Of a DNA stretch of 64,000 nucleotides, positions 1 to 14,800 are shown one piece after another. The DNA is taken from assembly GCA_003344405.1 (NCBI GenBank), contig NOWV01000105.1, forward strand, positions 186,001 to 250,000, in the 5' to 3' direction. The position numbers and the translations under genes were made by a program. Position 1 is the first letter of the stretch. Every line of letters begins with the position of its first letter. Source of the stretch: Trichoplax sp. H2 (taxonomy: Eukaryota). The notes below the pieces were generated by a model. That model was not told where the DNA came from and did not search any database. It worked only from the letters and a program-made list of their open reading frames with translations.

Positions 1-1685
1 GCCTTAATAAAATGAAAATAACAATTTATTTATTTACTAAAAGGATTTTACGTGGTAAATATAACATAATGCTTATGACCGTAATTGTGATTTTAGATAT
101 CTGAAATTTCATTTTGGATTCATAACACGGTGTAGTGAACAGATGTAAAGTTAAATGAAAGTTATATAAACGAAAAAATTCAACAAATATTCATGTTCAT
201 GGCTGATATTTAGTCGTATCGCATAAACTACTCGCAAAATTAGAGTACGATATTTTGGTAAAACCTTGTCAGTTCGCGGTATCAATTTAAGAACTCCTCA
301 GTTTTTAATATCTACCAGTGAGTTTTATATCTAAAACTTTGACAAGAAGAATCTTTAATTTCGTTTCATACGTCGGTGCTTATTTATGGGTATAAATTCT
401 TGTTGAGAATCCTTAACATCTTAAGTGATCTTGCTTTTTGTATTTGATTTTTAGCATTTGCATGGTTAAAAATAATTTCTGCTAAACTAGATATTTATGC
501 AATGAAAGTGCGAGTCTTGAGCCACGTCAATGTAAAGATATTAGCATTCGGAAAGCTAACCATTAAATACAGAATTGTTTAATTAAGGTAGTATAGAAAC
601 AATAAAACTTAAAGTATTCATTCCCGATATCGCTTCGACTATAGCACATTAGCAATTAAGCCCTTGTCTATATATAGTAAATGTGAAAATACTGTAGAAA
701 TACGCTTGCCTTAGGGTAGGTTACCGTAGATATTGATTCGTTATTATATTTGTTTAGTTGACTATACGATCACTGTAATAGCCAGTAAAGCTACTGTACA
801 CTTGATTTACTTTTAGGTTATAAACCAAAGGAAATACGTCAGGATACTAAAACAGTATAAGCAACTACGCTTACTTTGGTTTGAAAATTAGAATTCTATT
901 CTTATATTCTGCTTCATGAAGTCATCGATGAGAAATTAAAATCCGAAAACTAATTCACTTCATAAAATCCATTAAATAGGATAACATCGAAAACGAATCT
1001 TTTTCATCTAGCTATGATTCTAAAGCCTAAATATTTGTACAATATAAGCAAGAGAAAACTTTTACGCCTACTTTCTAAAATTTTAGCGATGAAAGTATTA
1101 TCTTAAACTGGAACTCTTATTACAGGAGAAGCTGCGTAGATTTAAGTGACATCAAATACAGATTTTTCAGTAATGATTTTTAAAGTTTATTCTATCAGTG
1201 GCTAGCGAGTGATCTTACTGTCAGCAAAGTTATTTATTTTGATAATATGGGATATAATATTGTAAAATATTTAAACTGAAATGCTGACCTACTTTGATGA
1301 TGATATTTGCAGTCAATTTAAATTTATAAAAGTTTACGATATCTATTTCTAGGAAAATCTTACATAATTTTAACGAAAAAGATTTCTAAACAGGAACAGT
1401 CTCGCGGTAAGGCGAACATGTTATGTATTATGCTAAGCTTGAGAAATATCGCTTTTTATGAGAGAAGTTAGTAAGAAATGAATAAAATGAGCATTATTAA
1501 AATTATTTTAAAATATACGCTTATCTTAAATCATTTATTTCCTAATGCTTACTGTATTGGAAGTTATTAATTTATAAATTTGTTTACGATAACTGCGGAT
1601 TATAGCTATAAGTGAGTCAATAAATTTAAAAGTTCGTAAATATTGCAACTACATGGCAGGAGAATTTTAACAGAACTAGGTAAGA

Positions 1686-2771
1686 TCAAACGTTAGTACT
1701 ACGAGAAAACTCATGTAATGTTATTTCTTGAGGATTTCGACATTTGAAACGTAAAATTGATTTAAATGCAGCATTGAAAGGAGGATTGTAGTAATAGCAG
1801 ATAAATATATTAGCTATGCTATGAAAACAAGTTAAATAGTTAGTAAAAATTCGTACGATCAAAATTTTTGATCTGATATGGCAATCGTACTGTTTATACC
1901 TAGCTAGTATATACTTAATTATATTGGTATCGACTAGAAAGACGTAAATCCAATATGGTAACCACACTACTAGGTATGCAAAGAATATAATAACGGACAT
2001 TTTGCGTAATTTTTTTTTCACAAGGTCAATATTTCCATTGCTTCGATGACGCCGTAGGCCATCTGATACATTGCCGTATTTATTGCTTATTACTTGTATT
2101 AAGTCCATTTTTAAATTGTGGATGATTTGAACATTAAGGATAGCTACAGCAATAATAGGTAAAGCATAAGAAATAGAGAATAAGATTAAATCGTAAATGG
2201 CTTGTCTGGCATCTTCTGTCCAGATTGGATTAAGTAAACAGTACGATGAAGTAGCGTAAGTCTTGATATTTAATAAGATGGCATAAGGAATCATGTAGGC
2301 AAAACCTACTGCCCAAATTAAAGCAATAACGTAAATTGCATGCTTAACTTTAAGCTGAGCATGGAGTGGTTTACAAAAGGCTTGAAAGCGAGCATAACAC
2401 ATTGATATTATAGTAAATGCCGATATAATAACGGTAGCAATATAAGCTGAATAAGAAATTTTACATAAAAATTCTCCGAAAGGCCAAGCACCATGATAGA
2501 ATAAATCGGAAATAAATTGTAGTAATCTAGAAAACAGGAACATGATTGTAACAATGCTATAGTTAACCATCATAACATTAGTAAATGTCCATAGTCTTCG
2601 CGTTCGAACAACTATATATCCGATAGCTAAATTGCCCGCAGTTGATGTTATGAAAGTGGATAGAAGTACTATCAATTTCAGTATTTTAACTATACTCCTT
2701 ATCGACTCAAAATTTCCATGGTCGATACAAGTCACATTACCTAGAGTAGAATTATTATTACCAACGAACAT
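1686..2771 (-). CDS. Intronless class A (rhodopsin-like) GPCR, peptide-receptor-like, 361 aa
   Basis: Seven hydrophobic segments; N-terminal N-glycosylation sequons (NNS/NST, NVT); TM1 GN; ECL1 WPFGEFLCK; TM3 end CYARF (DRY position) followed by AFCKP; TM4 W (ALIWAVG); TM5 YALP; TM6 VWLPYW; TM7 HSIANIFICYY; helix 8 FNAAF. Confidence 0.93.
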   Translation of the reverse strand: MFVGNNNSTLGNVTCIDHGNFESIRSIVKILKLIVLLSTFITSTAGNLAIGYIVVRTRRLWTFTNVMMVNYSIVTIMFLFSRLLQFISDLFYHGAWPFGEFLCKISYSAYIATVIISAFTIISMCYARFQAFCKPLHAQLKVKHAIYVIALIWAVGFAYMIPYAILLNIKTYATSSYCLLNPIWTEDARQAIYDLILFSISYALPIIAVAILNVQIIHNLKMDLIQVISNKYGNVSDGLRRHRSNGNIDLVKKKLRKMSVIIFFAYLVVWLPYWIYVFLVDTNIIKYILARYKQYDCHIRSKILIVRIFTNYLTCFHSIANIFICYYYNPPFNAAFKSILRFKCRNPQEITLHEFSRSTNV

Positions 2772-3572
2772 ATTTTTAGTGATGGCGTAAATAGGATCAA
2801 TTATTGTTTATTCAGTCTTTCAGCGTAGTTTATCTCCTAATAGTATTATTTACCACATGTTGTAGCCATAAAGCAGTTATTTTATGACGAGACTTTTGTA
2901 ATATGTTGTAGTGCTGTAGTTTAATAAAATGATCAGTTCTGACTGTTTTAACTCTTATATAGCGTTCACACAAAAGCTGTTGTCCAATACTCCGATGCTA
3001 AACCAAAATGTGTCAATTCGTAAAACATATAATCATAATGGAATTCTACACAAGAAGACAATAGTGTTTAGAATGCGTACTATACAGATCATTTGCATAG
3101 AAACGTACATTTAAATATTTCATATTCGGGATAAATACTACTATAGTTAATTATTTATCTGTTATTGATAGCTAGCTATTTGATGGCAAAGAATACTACC
3201 TACCTACTGTTACTTGGATATACACTTGATGATTTCGAATCCGCCTATTAAATAATTAATAAATTACTCTGCTTATTTATCTATCGTGGATGTTTTACTA
3301 GCGTAATCGAAATAAATAGAGCTGGATGATCCTTTTGTTAGTGTTCTTTACTGTAGAGAAAATAAGATTTACAGTTATCGGAAGTAAGTAATGAAATATT
3401 GTTTATAACTATTTTTCTGGATAATTCTATAAAGCCATCTGAAAAATTTCAAAATGAGTATATTGAATGGAATAGTATCGATAAGTATTAGTTTATTGTA
3501 GTTAATAAGAGATATTGTTTGCTGGAAAATGTAACATTTTTGGGCATACAATGTAGCCTTGTTGTATATAAC

Positions 3573-3594
3573 ATATATATATATATATATATAT
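3573..3594. repeat. (AT)n microsatellite
   Basis: About 11 consecutive AT units. Confidence 0.9.
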
Positions 3595-6500
3595 TGTAAT
3601 AATGTCAATACGCCTACGTAGGTTTATTTAATGAAGCGGTGTTTTCATTCTCGTAATTACAGTAGGCGATGTTTTGCCTCGGTTTACTTTCTATGTTCTG
3701 TAGACAACTGTGTTCAAAATTGTTCTGTAATTCTTAAAATGACACTATACTCATCTTTGTTCATAATGTTCGATGCCTGGGTCAGAATTAACATTTTTCT
3801 ATCGTACCATTCTATCACTATTGAGACTATAGCTAAAAGCTTTAGGACAAAAAGAAGCCTAAATTCTTTTCTGTAATACATCTATATAGAAATTCTACAT
3901 ATTTTTTGACTATAACTCATAAGTCCCTAACAGAAGCACTCTAATATTTAATCTAGTTCCATTTCATTGCAATATAAGTCGAATAACATGTCTTATGCTA
4001 TGAATCACGCTATTAAATAATGGGTGCCAATTCTGTATTTATGTAACTTTACTTTTATACCTAGTAGTATCAATGTAAAGTTAATAGAGCATATTTTGTG
4101 CATGTCTTTAAAGCTAATATAAATTCATATATTTTCAGTCAATTTTAATGATAAATAATCTAGCTTGGTCAATATTTATCATGCTAATGATAGGGCAATA
4201 GCTTAAGTTAATACTCGCATACATGATTTCATTAATAATTTCACGTATGTCAAATGTGATATTATTTACACTAATTGATTTTGTTCATACTATGATACGT
4301 GCATCGCATTAGGTTCCGATTAATTATCATAGATAATTGTTCCCTTTCATCTAATATAATATATAAAAATAGATTATGTACACAATGTCCAACACGTCGT
4401 ATTCTAATTAGCTCAATTAATCTGGCTCAGTTAGACCAGTAAGTTTAGAAAGGTGCGGTATATAATTTATGTTCTTCTAAAGGTATTCTTTATCGCTAAC
4501 ATTTATGGCGTGATATAATTACTGCAGGAAATAGTCGACAGTAAATTATAGCAATGATCTTACATATGTAATTCAACAGAAAAATGAAAGATTTGTACTA
4601 TTAATTAAAAGTAACAAACGGATGGAATTGCTAATTGCAATCGAGATATATAAAAGACTTGGACATAACACAATAAATTTCTCGTTGAAATTCATGATAC
4701 ATGTTATATTATATTATTAAGCTAAAAAAATTTTCTGAAAGTAGATCAAGGATTTTACTCCTGTAGGAGAATAGTGTAATTAATTGATGCTAAAGTGTTC
4801 GTATTTCTGGTAGAGAAATCTTCAGATGAAAAAACTGACGAGCGATCAAAATAGGATATTTTACAATATTGAACTGTCTTGATTCTTTAAAAATAAAAAT
4901 TGGAATATTTAATTTAGTTTCCCATTTAAAGTATCATCGGAGTATTTTAATATAGTAGATAGATATCTAGGATATCTTAAACATAAATGCTTGTGCAAAT
5001 ACAATAAAGAATACTATACATCACAAAATATCAGCGAGAAGGATAGGAGACAGACCGAATAAGTGATTCACGTAGATTTTACAATTTATTATTATGATAA
5101 TATCAGTATTTACATTAATCTATGACTGGTGTAAAAACACAATCACGTATCGGTATGAGTGCCTATTGAGGAATCAGATACTTAGTGAACTTGATTCTTT
5201 ACTATACACAAGTATGAATAATAATTTTTGGATTGATATGAAATAAACGGATATTAGGATTCCAATTCATTATAGAATAAACACTACTAGTGCGGATTCG
5301 TGTGTGTATATCTATGGAAGTATAGTTTTTACTCCATGTGAATATAATTTCCTATTCGTTCATATTACTCTCTTGAATGTTAGATTTTAATTTTTAAATC
5401 GTAAAGCTTTTTAAAATCAATTTAAGTAACTAGAGCCAGTATCAGACACTTATTTGACTTGAAATACGCATAATTTGACAGGCTCAGTAAATTGATCGTT
5501 AAGTTGACTCAACTATATAAGTGAGGTAGTTCTATATAGTTTAGGTTAAGAAGGAAAATAGTTCTTAAGTTCTAGCAAGCTGTAACACTTGTCATGATGG
5601 GATAATTACAGTAGCTTATTTTAAGAACTAGTGCATTTTTTGAAAAAAAAATTCTTTATAAAGATGGTGCCTTTCAATAAACAACGAAATAATATTCTCT
5701 CAAATGGTTCAACTCTAGTGTTTGTGAACAATAAGCTTTAAGAATTTCATGATCATTTTCATAAAATGACTGGGAAGTTGATCTAGTGATTTGTAAATAA
5801 CCTGAACAAATTATAAGCACTTTAGGAAAACAATGAATGTATTTCAACCATAAAGCATTTAATGTGCTATTATGCTTGATGTTATAATACATCTATTTAT
5901 TCACAATCTTTTCTGATAAATTAGATGATATTTTTATCTATATTTTATACAGTAGAAAATTGGTTTGTAGCTTAAATTATAATCCAGCAAGGTTGACGGA
6001 TGCTTTGCGCCGCTTCGATCATAATTCAAAACTTCAGTTATTGTTACGACAATTATAACACTTAAAACACTTATTACATAAATAGAGAGGAAATATTTAA
6101 GACGTACTAAGGCGACACCTTAAATTGTAATTATTATGCTAGTATTAGTAAAAGTAGATAAATTTGATCATGTAGTATGTAAGACATTGGTTAAATGAAA
6201 TGTACAATAATCTATGACAACGTATGCAACTTTTTCTCATAGTAAACTCCTATGATTCAGATTTCCAAATGTAGCTATTAGTTATGCCGTCGCTAATATT
6301 AAATTGCAGAAATGGAGAAAATTACTGAAAAATCACGAAAAATAATTAAAATATAAAAAATTGATGGATCAGCGAAGAAAACCTGCGTTGAATACTGTAT
6401 CAGATTTATTTAAGCCCTTGAAATTTCTATGGCACCATAGCTAATATTTGTAATTGGACTACATATCTATGAGTATTTTTGAATGGTCTCGTCGAAATTA

Positions 6501-9500
6501 GGGGAATTACGTAACTTTAGGTACTGATAAAGTAAACAAGGAGGGAAGAGTTTCCATAGTCTATTTTAAGATTTCTGAGAATTATTTAAATCAAAAAATG
6601 AATCTTGATTGAAATACTATTTGCTTGAAAGTTAAAATAAATTTTATACAATGATAGCTAAATTATAGATTTGCTACCGTATCTAATGAAATATTAATGG
6701 CACTAAGTGATGCTGTGAAATTGTTTCGATATTAATATTATTTTCGGTTTTACTAATGGTTTTAGCGATGTACAGGATCAATGAAAATATTTTTACACAA
6801 TGAATGGTTGTTGAATAGATACATATGTGGTAGCTGCATTACCTGCAAGATTGCATCCTTCATGTATATCGAAGATTGACATCAACTGTGAATAGCAATT
6901 GAAAGCAATTTTATCTAACTCACAAAGAGTAAAAAATTCGATAGATCTAGAATCCAGGTACGATATACAACCGTTTTACTGCGGTACAAACTGAGCCGTT
7001 TTATAAAGTTCATCTTTATCTTTTTAGATTATACGTTATTAATTAATTATACCCAAGACTTGTGAAATAATGAAGATAAAATAATAAAACATCTGTATTA
7101 ATTAAAAAGATTGAGATACAAGAAGAGAAATGGATAAGATGGACATGATATAAGAAATATAAGGTATTACAGTAAGTTTTGAATTTATATGCAAATAGAT
7201 GTCAATTAAATGATTGCAAGAGCTACAATTGAATTGCAAGTCTGCAATGTGCCTTACTTAAATTATACTTAGAATACTGCTTGCACTTGTAATCCTCTTG
7301 GTAGCACCATTGCCTTCTTATCTTCATTTATATACCTCAAACAGAAGCTTTACTGAGTCCTTAAGTTACTGACTACCTACTGTAGCTCAGAATAAATTAC
7401 AGATATACATAAAGCGCTTCCTGCTAATTTATTGTTTCAATTCAATCATTGTTTTTTAATCAACTATCTTGTCTCCTCTCTTCCCTTGATGGACGTTTCG
7501 TGTTCACATTATTGTTTTCATTGATGAAATTGAATTAAATGAGGATTAATTTTAATGGATGCAGTTTACTAATAGTGTTGATAGAGTAAGCCTGCTTGTT
7601 TGATGGATCTATATTGGCTACAAGGGGGTAATTCTTACGTAATCACACTTTCGTTCAAAAATTATAGCACTATTCCCAATCCAGGAATATTTTACTTCAA
7701 GACGAATCTATTAAACAATAGCAAAAGCTGATATTGCAATACAATCTGTACTTATGAATTTATGAAGGATCATGAGGATTCAGATATCATTTCATAATGT
7801 CTGATATACTAAGTGATTGCTTAAAGTTTTTTCCTAAGCAATTAGTGGGGGAATTTCAAAGGTAATCTGATCATAAATTGAAGGGCTTAATTTTATGACA
7901 TTTTATCGTTAAGAGGCACTAAATTTGTCGTGTCATTTTCATCGGATACATTGTCAATATACATTGCATAATTATTCCCATTTTGGAAACTGACAGACTT
8001 ATAAGTCTATTTGAATGCTACTGATTACAATATTAGATAATATTTAAGATTTAATCTGATATCTTTTAAAGCCCCTCCGATTAATGTAAGCAAATTAAAA
8101 AGAGCCTAGCAATATCGTAGAGTTAATGAAATACGATTGATTTTAACTATATCGATATTGCAATATTCTTGGCAATGCTATACCTATTAAAAAAGTTCAA
8201 TCATTGTATATCTAGCTAAACTTCCTCCTTACAATTCATAACCATTTTTTGGTTTTTGATAGGCCAAAATATATTCCTAAATATAGTGTCTGCGACTCAT
8301 TATGAATAATCGTGTAATTATCCTATGGTGCACCGTGAGTAGACTATAAAAGGAGTTGATGGCCAATGCTACGTAAAAATTGGAATTAAGGAAGGGTAAT
8401 CGTGTCTACTCGAGTGCTTTAGATAGAGTCGTAAAGCTAGTTTTAAATTTTGATTAATGCAGAATTTCAAACATTTATTAGACTATTTTTAATGTACATC
8501 CTATATTTAAGATGTTCGCGGATATGTTTTTTCTGATATGAACAGGATGCATTACATTCTCCTTTATAAGAAAGAACTACTAACTATAGAGTATCATCAA
8601 TATACCGTGACAAAATTCTCGTAATTGGAATCATTTCTAGACGTTGGGAATACTGTAAATGTTTAAATAAAAAAAATCAATTAAGTACTCCAAACGATTA
8701 CTACAATAGTAGTGTATGAACTTAACTTTACTAGCAAACAGAATACAGAAATCTTGATTAATTACTCAATATTGGCAATGAAATCTGAATATTTTTCTTT
8801 GAAGTAAGTATTTCTATAGTAATTCTTAGAAAATGCCTCCTTTAAAATAACAGTCAATGTGTTGCCAATTATTGCTTATAGAAGAAACTATGTTTTTTTC
8901 TTTGACGCCTTAGCTATGTATTCATAGTTGATGGCTATACGGTATACTCAACTTCCATCAACTGTTTACAGAACTTAGGAGAATTATTGTTAAACTCATC
9001 TCAAGGATTAATATTGCTCTTGAATGTGGTTCCTTTTTCTATCTCTGATTTGAAACTTTAAAATAGAATAAAAATGCTACACAGGCATAGAAATTATGTA
9101 GGGAATACTTTCTAATTGTCCTCTTTTACGATGACAATCACTCACTTAAAATTTGTGGTTACTAACATTGAGTAAATCTCTAGCGAGACACAATTAGACC
9201 AACACTGTGTTTAACCTTCATTCGATTTTAGTCAGTCAACTCATCAGGGTTGCAGTTAGTAGTTGCCAGTTACCGGCAATCATAAGTAATTATTATTGCT
9301 TGACAAGTCTGAGCACCATCTTGTGCGCTATTTGATTAGTTACGTTCAGTAGAGAGATCCATCATGATTTATATTCTCAGTTAGACCGTAATGTCAAATA
9401 ATATTCAACATCGTTTTGGATCATTACTTTGTCTCAAATAAAGGGTAGCCTAGGACTAACAGATATCGGTCAGGTATTGATCATTTGTGTAGAAGTAGTC

Positions 9501-11807
9501 CAATTAGTATATTAGTCAGAGTACCTCGAGAATTTGCCGCATGTGTGGATGAAATAGTTCTCACACAAGATGTTAAAAATACTGAACGGTAATAATCATA
9601 AATTTTTATAGCTATTTCGGACGGTCTTGGACGCCCATAGTATGGCTAATCTCAACGCTCTCCCACTTTTAAATTACCGGCGTTTACAATCTTGAAGTTG
9701 GATTATACCATGGGGTGTCTGCGCAATCTATGGTCAGCCTTTCCTAACACTTTGAAGTCCTAACCAGAAAGGTTCTTGTCTATAGTCCAAACATAGCGAT
9801 TCTGTCTTATACTGTAGACACTGCACTAATCTTAGCACTGTCGGAAAGGTCAGGACACAGCATACAAGCAGTAGTACAGATTTTCTTGTTTATAGTTAGT
9901 AACTCCTGGTATAAGTCTGCATGTAGAGAGTGAATATCTAGTACCAGTAAATCGTTATTCTTACTAGCTATCGTACAACGATTTTTATTTAGCATGCCAT
10001 AGTGTTCTACTTCGTAATGCTACCTTACTTCTTGTTACTACTTTTACTAGCTAAATTCTCGACAGCATATGTATTGTATATTATCGTAGTACTTCATAAA
10101 TGCAGGCTTTCAGTAGTTGAAGGACTTTCATTTCTTGATAGCAGTTCGCCTATTTCAAATACTTCTAAAAATTGATTGCAAGGAATCATTCAGTGATGAA
10201 ACATTGAATTTGACTATTTCATCTGACGTTGTCGTTACATTAGTGTTCCAAATTGAAATTTGTAAAGACGAAAAAGTAGAACAGTACCAATCTACTGTCA
10301 AGTTTTGTCCTCCCAGAAATTTACCTACGGTACGATTCTAAATACTGACAGTCTCCCATCGTTAGAGGAACACTAAACATCAATAGTCTCATATTAGACA
10401 AATGAATCCAAACTTGATTAAAGAGTCAATCAATTATATTGTAGAAAACCAATATAAGCATTAATCATTCGTACTTAGATAACATTATAAAAGTATGCAG
10501 TTATCGCTTAAAAGTATGTCTTTCGTCATAAATTAATTAATATTAACACATTCCTAGATAAGTTATCTATGGAAACTATGTTACGGCAGCGATGCAAAAG
10601 TTTTTCCTTAGCAGTTAGACACACTCATTTATGATGTGCAGTATGTTTATTCCAAGATCAGGATACAGGAATGATTTAGGGAACCCAAGTTGAATTTTGT
10701 CAGTATCGTGAAGTACGCCGACAGCAATGTTATAGAGAGTGCAATTCAGAAACAACAGAGACTAAAATAGCGCAATATGGTAATGTTGATACTTTGCAAT
10801 GTTAATATTGATGGTCTAATACAAATCAGTACTGAAAATCTGTTGAAGCCATGGATATTGTGTCTTCTACACTGTACAGTATGGCGAATTTAGGAGAGAG
10901 ACTAGCTATTCAAACAATCTGGATGCTACTTTTGTCCTAGTTTCCCCTGTCAACATCATCCAATTTGCCGTCCATCTTCATCCGTACGTCCAATTTGTGC
11001 TAAGTTCTGTTTCAAAACAGAACCTTCTGTTTCATTCTGCTTAGCCCACTCAAATCTATCGTTGCTAATATTCGATATCTATTGATTTTTCCATGTTCTT
11101 ACTAACTCTAAAAAGATTAAATATCCAGTCTTTGGGAATTATTACTGTGTCATGATGCAACAATTGGATAATAATCGCCTAAAAAATGACATACGAATCT
11201 TTTATTACCATGATAGAAAGATTACCATAATTTGTTTATGATACCCCCTGGTGGTAGACTAATTTTAAATTTCACAGTTGGAGATATTTCATGTACTATA
11301 TGTTTTCTCTACTATTGTGATCCGTTGATGATGAAAAATCTCTCCAACGGAATCATTTGTATAACCTATTCTATTTGTCAAGGATATCGACAATGGCTTC
11401 TATTATACTATCATCATTTAAACATATCATTCAAATTATTCTGTCAATATGAGACCATGGCCGTTCATTGTAGCTTTAAATTACGTCATGTTATTCTATT
11501 CCTACCGATAGTTGTTATAAAAAGCAAGAAAAAATTGTTAGAGGTTTAGTTAAGTGTAAGCAACCGTGCTGTTAACAAGGTTGTCGTAGATCGAAAATTT
11601 GGCTCATATTCAAGAGTTGGTGTAGTTTTATGCGACCATTGTGGCATATCTTGTTAGAATAAGATCAGTTGTACTTTTGAAAATAACGCTTTTTAACCGG
11701 AATGTAATCATTTTTCATAGACTATTCCATTTCATAACATTGGAACGATATAAATCTCTGCATTGACAACTTTTTACAACTGAGATCGAATTTAAAAAGT
11801 GTCGACG

Positions 11808-14800
11808 ATGACTATGAATAGAGATACCAACTACATGAAAACAATTTTGATGATCAATCTATTAGTTTTTTCAACAGTGGAAGGCAAAACAGTTACCCAA
11901 ACTGTGTCAGAATTTTCCTGTCCAACCAATTGTCGCTGTTACAAGAGGCAAATTTTCTGCAAAACCATTGCAGATGTTTCTCTTAAATCAATTGGAAACG
12001 ATGTTCAAACACTGTAAGTTAGAATAATATTCCTAATTTGACTTCAATAAAATATCGTTTATTATGTATGGATGGATTGATTTTCACCCAATTTATTATT
12101 TTGCTATTGGTCTACATCACGGTATCTGTAGTTTACGGAAATCAATCGGTCACCGATTTGATTTGGTGTTAAACATTTTTTGTTGTACCTAAAATTTCCT
12201 ATAGTACCGTACAAGTGCTGTACAATTGCAGCTATCTAATTTAATAGAAATACGTCGGAAAATTTTCGTGAAAGAAATTGTTTCAGCAATGCGATGACTG
12301 TTATTAAAGTCACCATTACTACTAGGATATATCTTATTTCAAATGTATCTAGATGCCTAGAATACATGCGTAATTCAGTTCTAGAACAATCACAAGATAG
12401 CTTATTAGAGTGTAGGAAATCGTTAAGTGATATGTGAAAGTGTCAGATTGACAGTGTATGTGCGAGATTTGTAGATTAAGCGGAATGACAAGATTGCGTT
12501 AAGCACCTATCTACGTTCAATAATAATATTATAATTAAAGTAAATATTGTAGCTTTGATTAGGATAGTCTATTAAGGCAGTTAGACACCAAGGGTTATAC
12601 AAGTAATTTGATGCTAGATTAATAAGAAATTATGGATCTAAATAGTGGCTTAGTCTTGTTCCTAGTTGAACAAGTAGTTTCGAAATTGTCGTATTTGATC
12701 ATTCTGATTTTAGATACTTTATCACACTGGTCTACGTTGATCTTTTTCGTGTCTCAGATGTTTCCACTCAAGTTCTATGGCGGCAAAGTTTATTGACTTA
12801 AATGCTTATAGTAAACATTTTTATCAGACCGTTGAGTTGAGCTGGTATTATGCTCTTAAAAGTAAAAAGAAATTATTCGTTGTTTACTATGGTGAGGGAA
12901 TGTAGAAATGAGTCATCAGAGAACATTTTATCCCCAATTTTAGATAAAGTAACTAGCAAGAAGGATAATAGGGAAGTATAGTTTACAGGATTTCATATTT
13001 TTAAAATAATTCAGTTTACAAAAGTTCCTACGTCATTGGAAAATACTTTAAGTTAAACGTAAAAGATGATATACCCTTCAAGTTGAATAAACAAAACATA
13101 TCGCAAAAGAACGTCATGAAATAGACTTTTTAGCGGTACTATAAACCTTCGAGTTGCTATCTCGGCTTATAAATTATCTTAATTGCAACTTATTATGTAC
13201 AATAAATGCTATAAGAAATATAATCTTTTCAATAACTTGACTCGTGTCTTTACTAATACCATTGATCATTTATTGAAGTGCTATCCGACAAGAAATTTTA
13301 TGCACCAACGAAAAAGTGATAGCATTGCTAAAGCAGGCTGCAAAGGTTTCCACTAAATTAGCTATCGAATGCCGTGATTCCAAAACTTCAGTTGGTAAAA
13401 TGTTGATACTACATGTCAATAAATATGAACACCGCAACATGAATAGTCAAGGTAGAATACATTCATGTTCATTCTTTATGAATCATTTAAAATTATGAAT
13501 TTGTTCCATCGATTAATTGGTACTATAAATACACGCTCAACTAAACTACTGCTAATATGTAAATATGGTTTACTTGAATTTCATCTGCATTAATTTAAAA
13601 TGTTGTGCAGATCGACTACACAGCTAGGTGATGATTGCTGCTTCATAGCCGCTGTATTTTACTTCTGTAGTAGTAATTGATGCTTATTATAGCGATAATG
13701 AATTAATTTAAATCTAGCTCTCGTATAATTTGAATTTTATAGTCCACATTTGCCTAGTACAGTCTATTTCTAATTATTGTTTTGAGTGAAAATCATTCAT
13801 TCCCTAATTCGCTATTGTCATGCATTAATTTGGCTTTAATATTTTAAAGTAAAACACTCTATCAGATGAACTTGGATTTACTTGTTTACGGTATTTGATA
13901 TTCCGCAGACTTTGCCCAGATAAATTCAAGGATTAAAAGGTCGCTTCATGATAAGTCAGGTAAGCAAAAAATTATCATTTTGCAATAACCTTAGCTACTT
14001 TGCAAAATTTATTAATGGATGCCGCAGAGTAAGTAAAATCATGGGCTACTAGATGGCACACCTAATAGTCCATGGTAAAACTATCAGCAAACTCAATTAA
14101 TTACAATAATTGCAAGCTAATACACGTTGCGACAGTAAAATGCTGCTTACTGTGTCTAAATAATGATTTAACTCAGATTCCATTGCTGCTATAATCCTTG
14201 TATAAAATCAATATTATCTTGGCGATGTTATCAACTTTTTGATAATCTATCTATTGATCATCTTTGTTGCGATATATCTTGTAAAGTTATAAAACTGTAG
14301 CTTCGGTTAATTCATTAGATTCGCGTCCGAATGCAAAGCCATTGCCCAAAGCTGATCGAAATTATAGCTCAAATAAAGCTCAACATTCAAGTCCTAAGAC
14401 ATTGGGAGATAATAGTAATAGTAGCTATTCTTCCAATATTCTATTTATCATCATTTTCTCAATATTCTCTGTCCTCTTAATTGGTATATTGACTTACTGT
14501 CGTTGGAAGATAAAAAGAGATTGTGTGGATAGTGGCCAAGAGGCTAATCCTTCATTGACAAGATCGAATGTAAATACCTGCACTTTCAGGCGTCAAGATC
14601 ATGTTCCACCTCCCAGTTATGAAGCTACTAGTAAGTCTATACTGATTTTAAGTCCGCAATTACGCACAACAGAGGACAGTTGTTTATGTTATGTTCAATT
14701 TATTTGCATCTTTATGTCTGAGTAGACTTTACTTCTGTGATTTGTAATTAGAGCTTAATGCTATTTCTCTTTCTACTTGAGTTTATGCAGAGAAAGTTAA

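Noticed and set aside
2929-11549. Short 60-105 aa ORFs in the gap between the GPCR and the LRRNT gene
   Set aside because: No recognisable domains or consistent splice structure; typical of random AT-rich ORFs.
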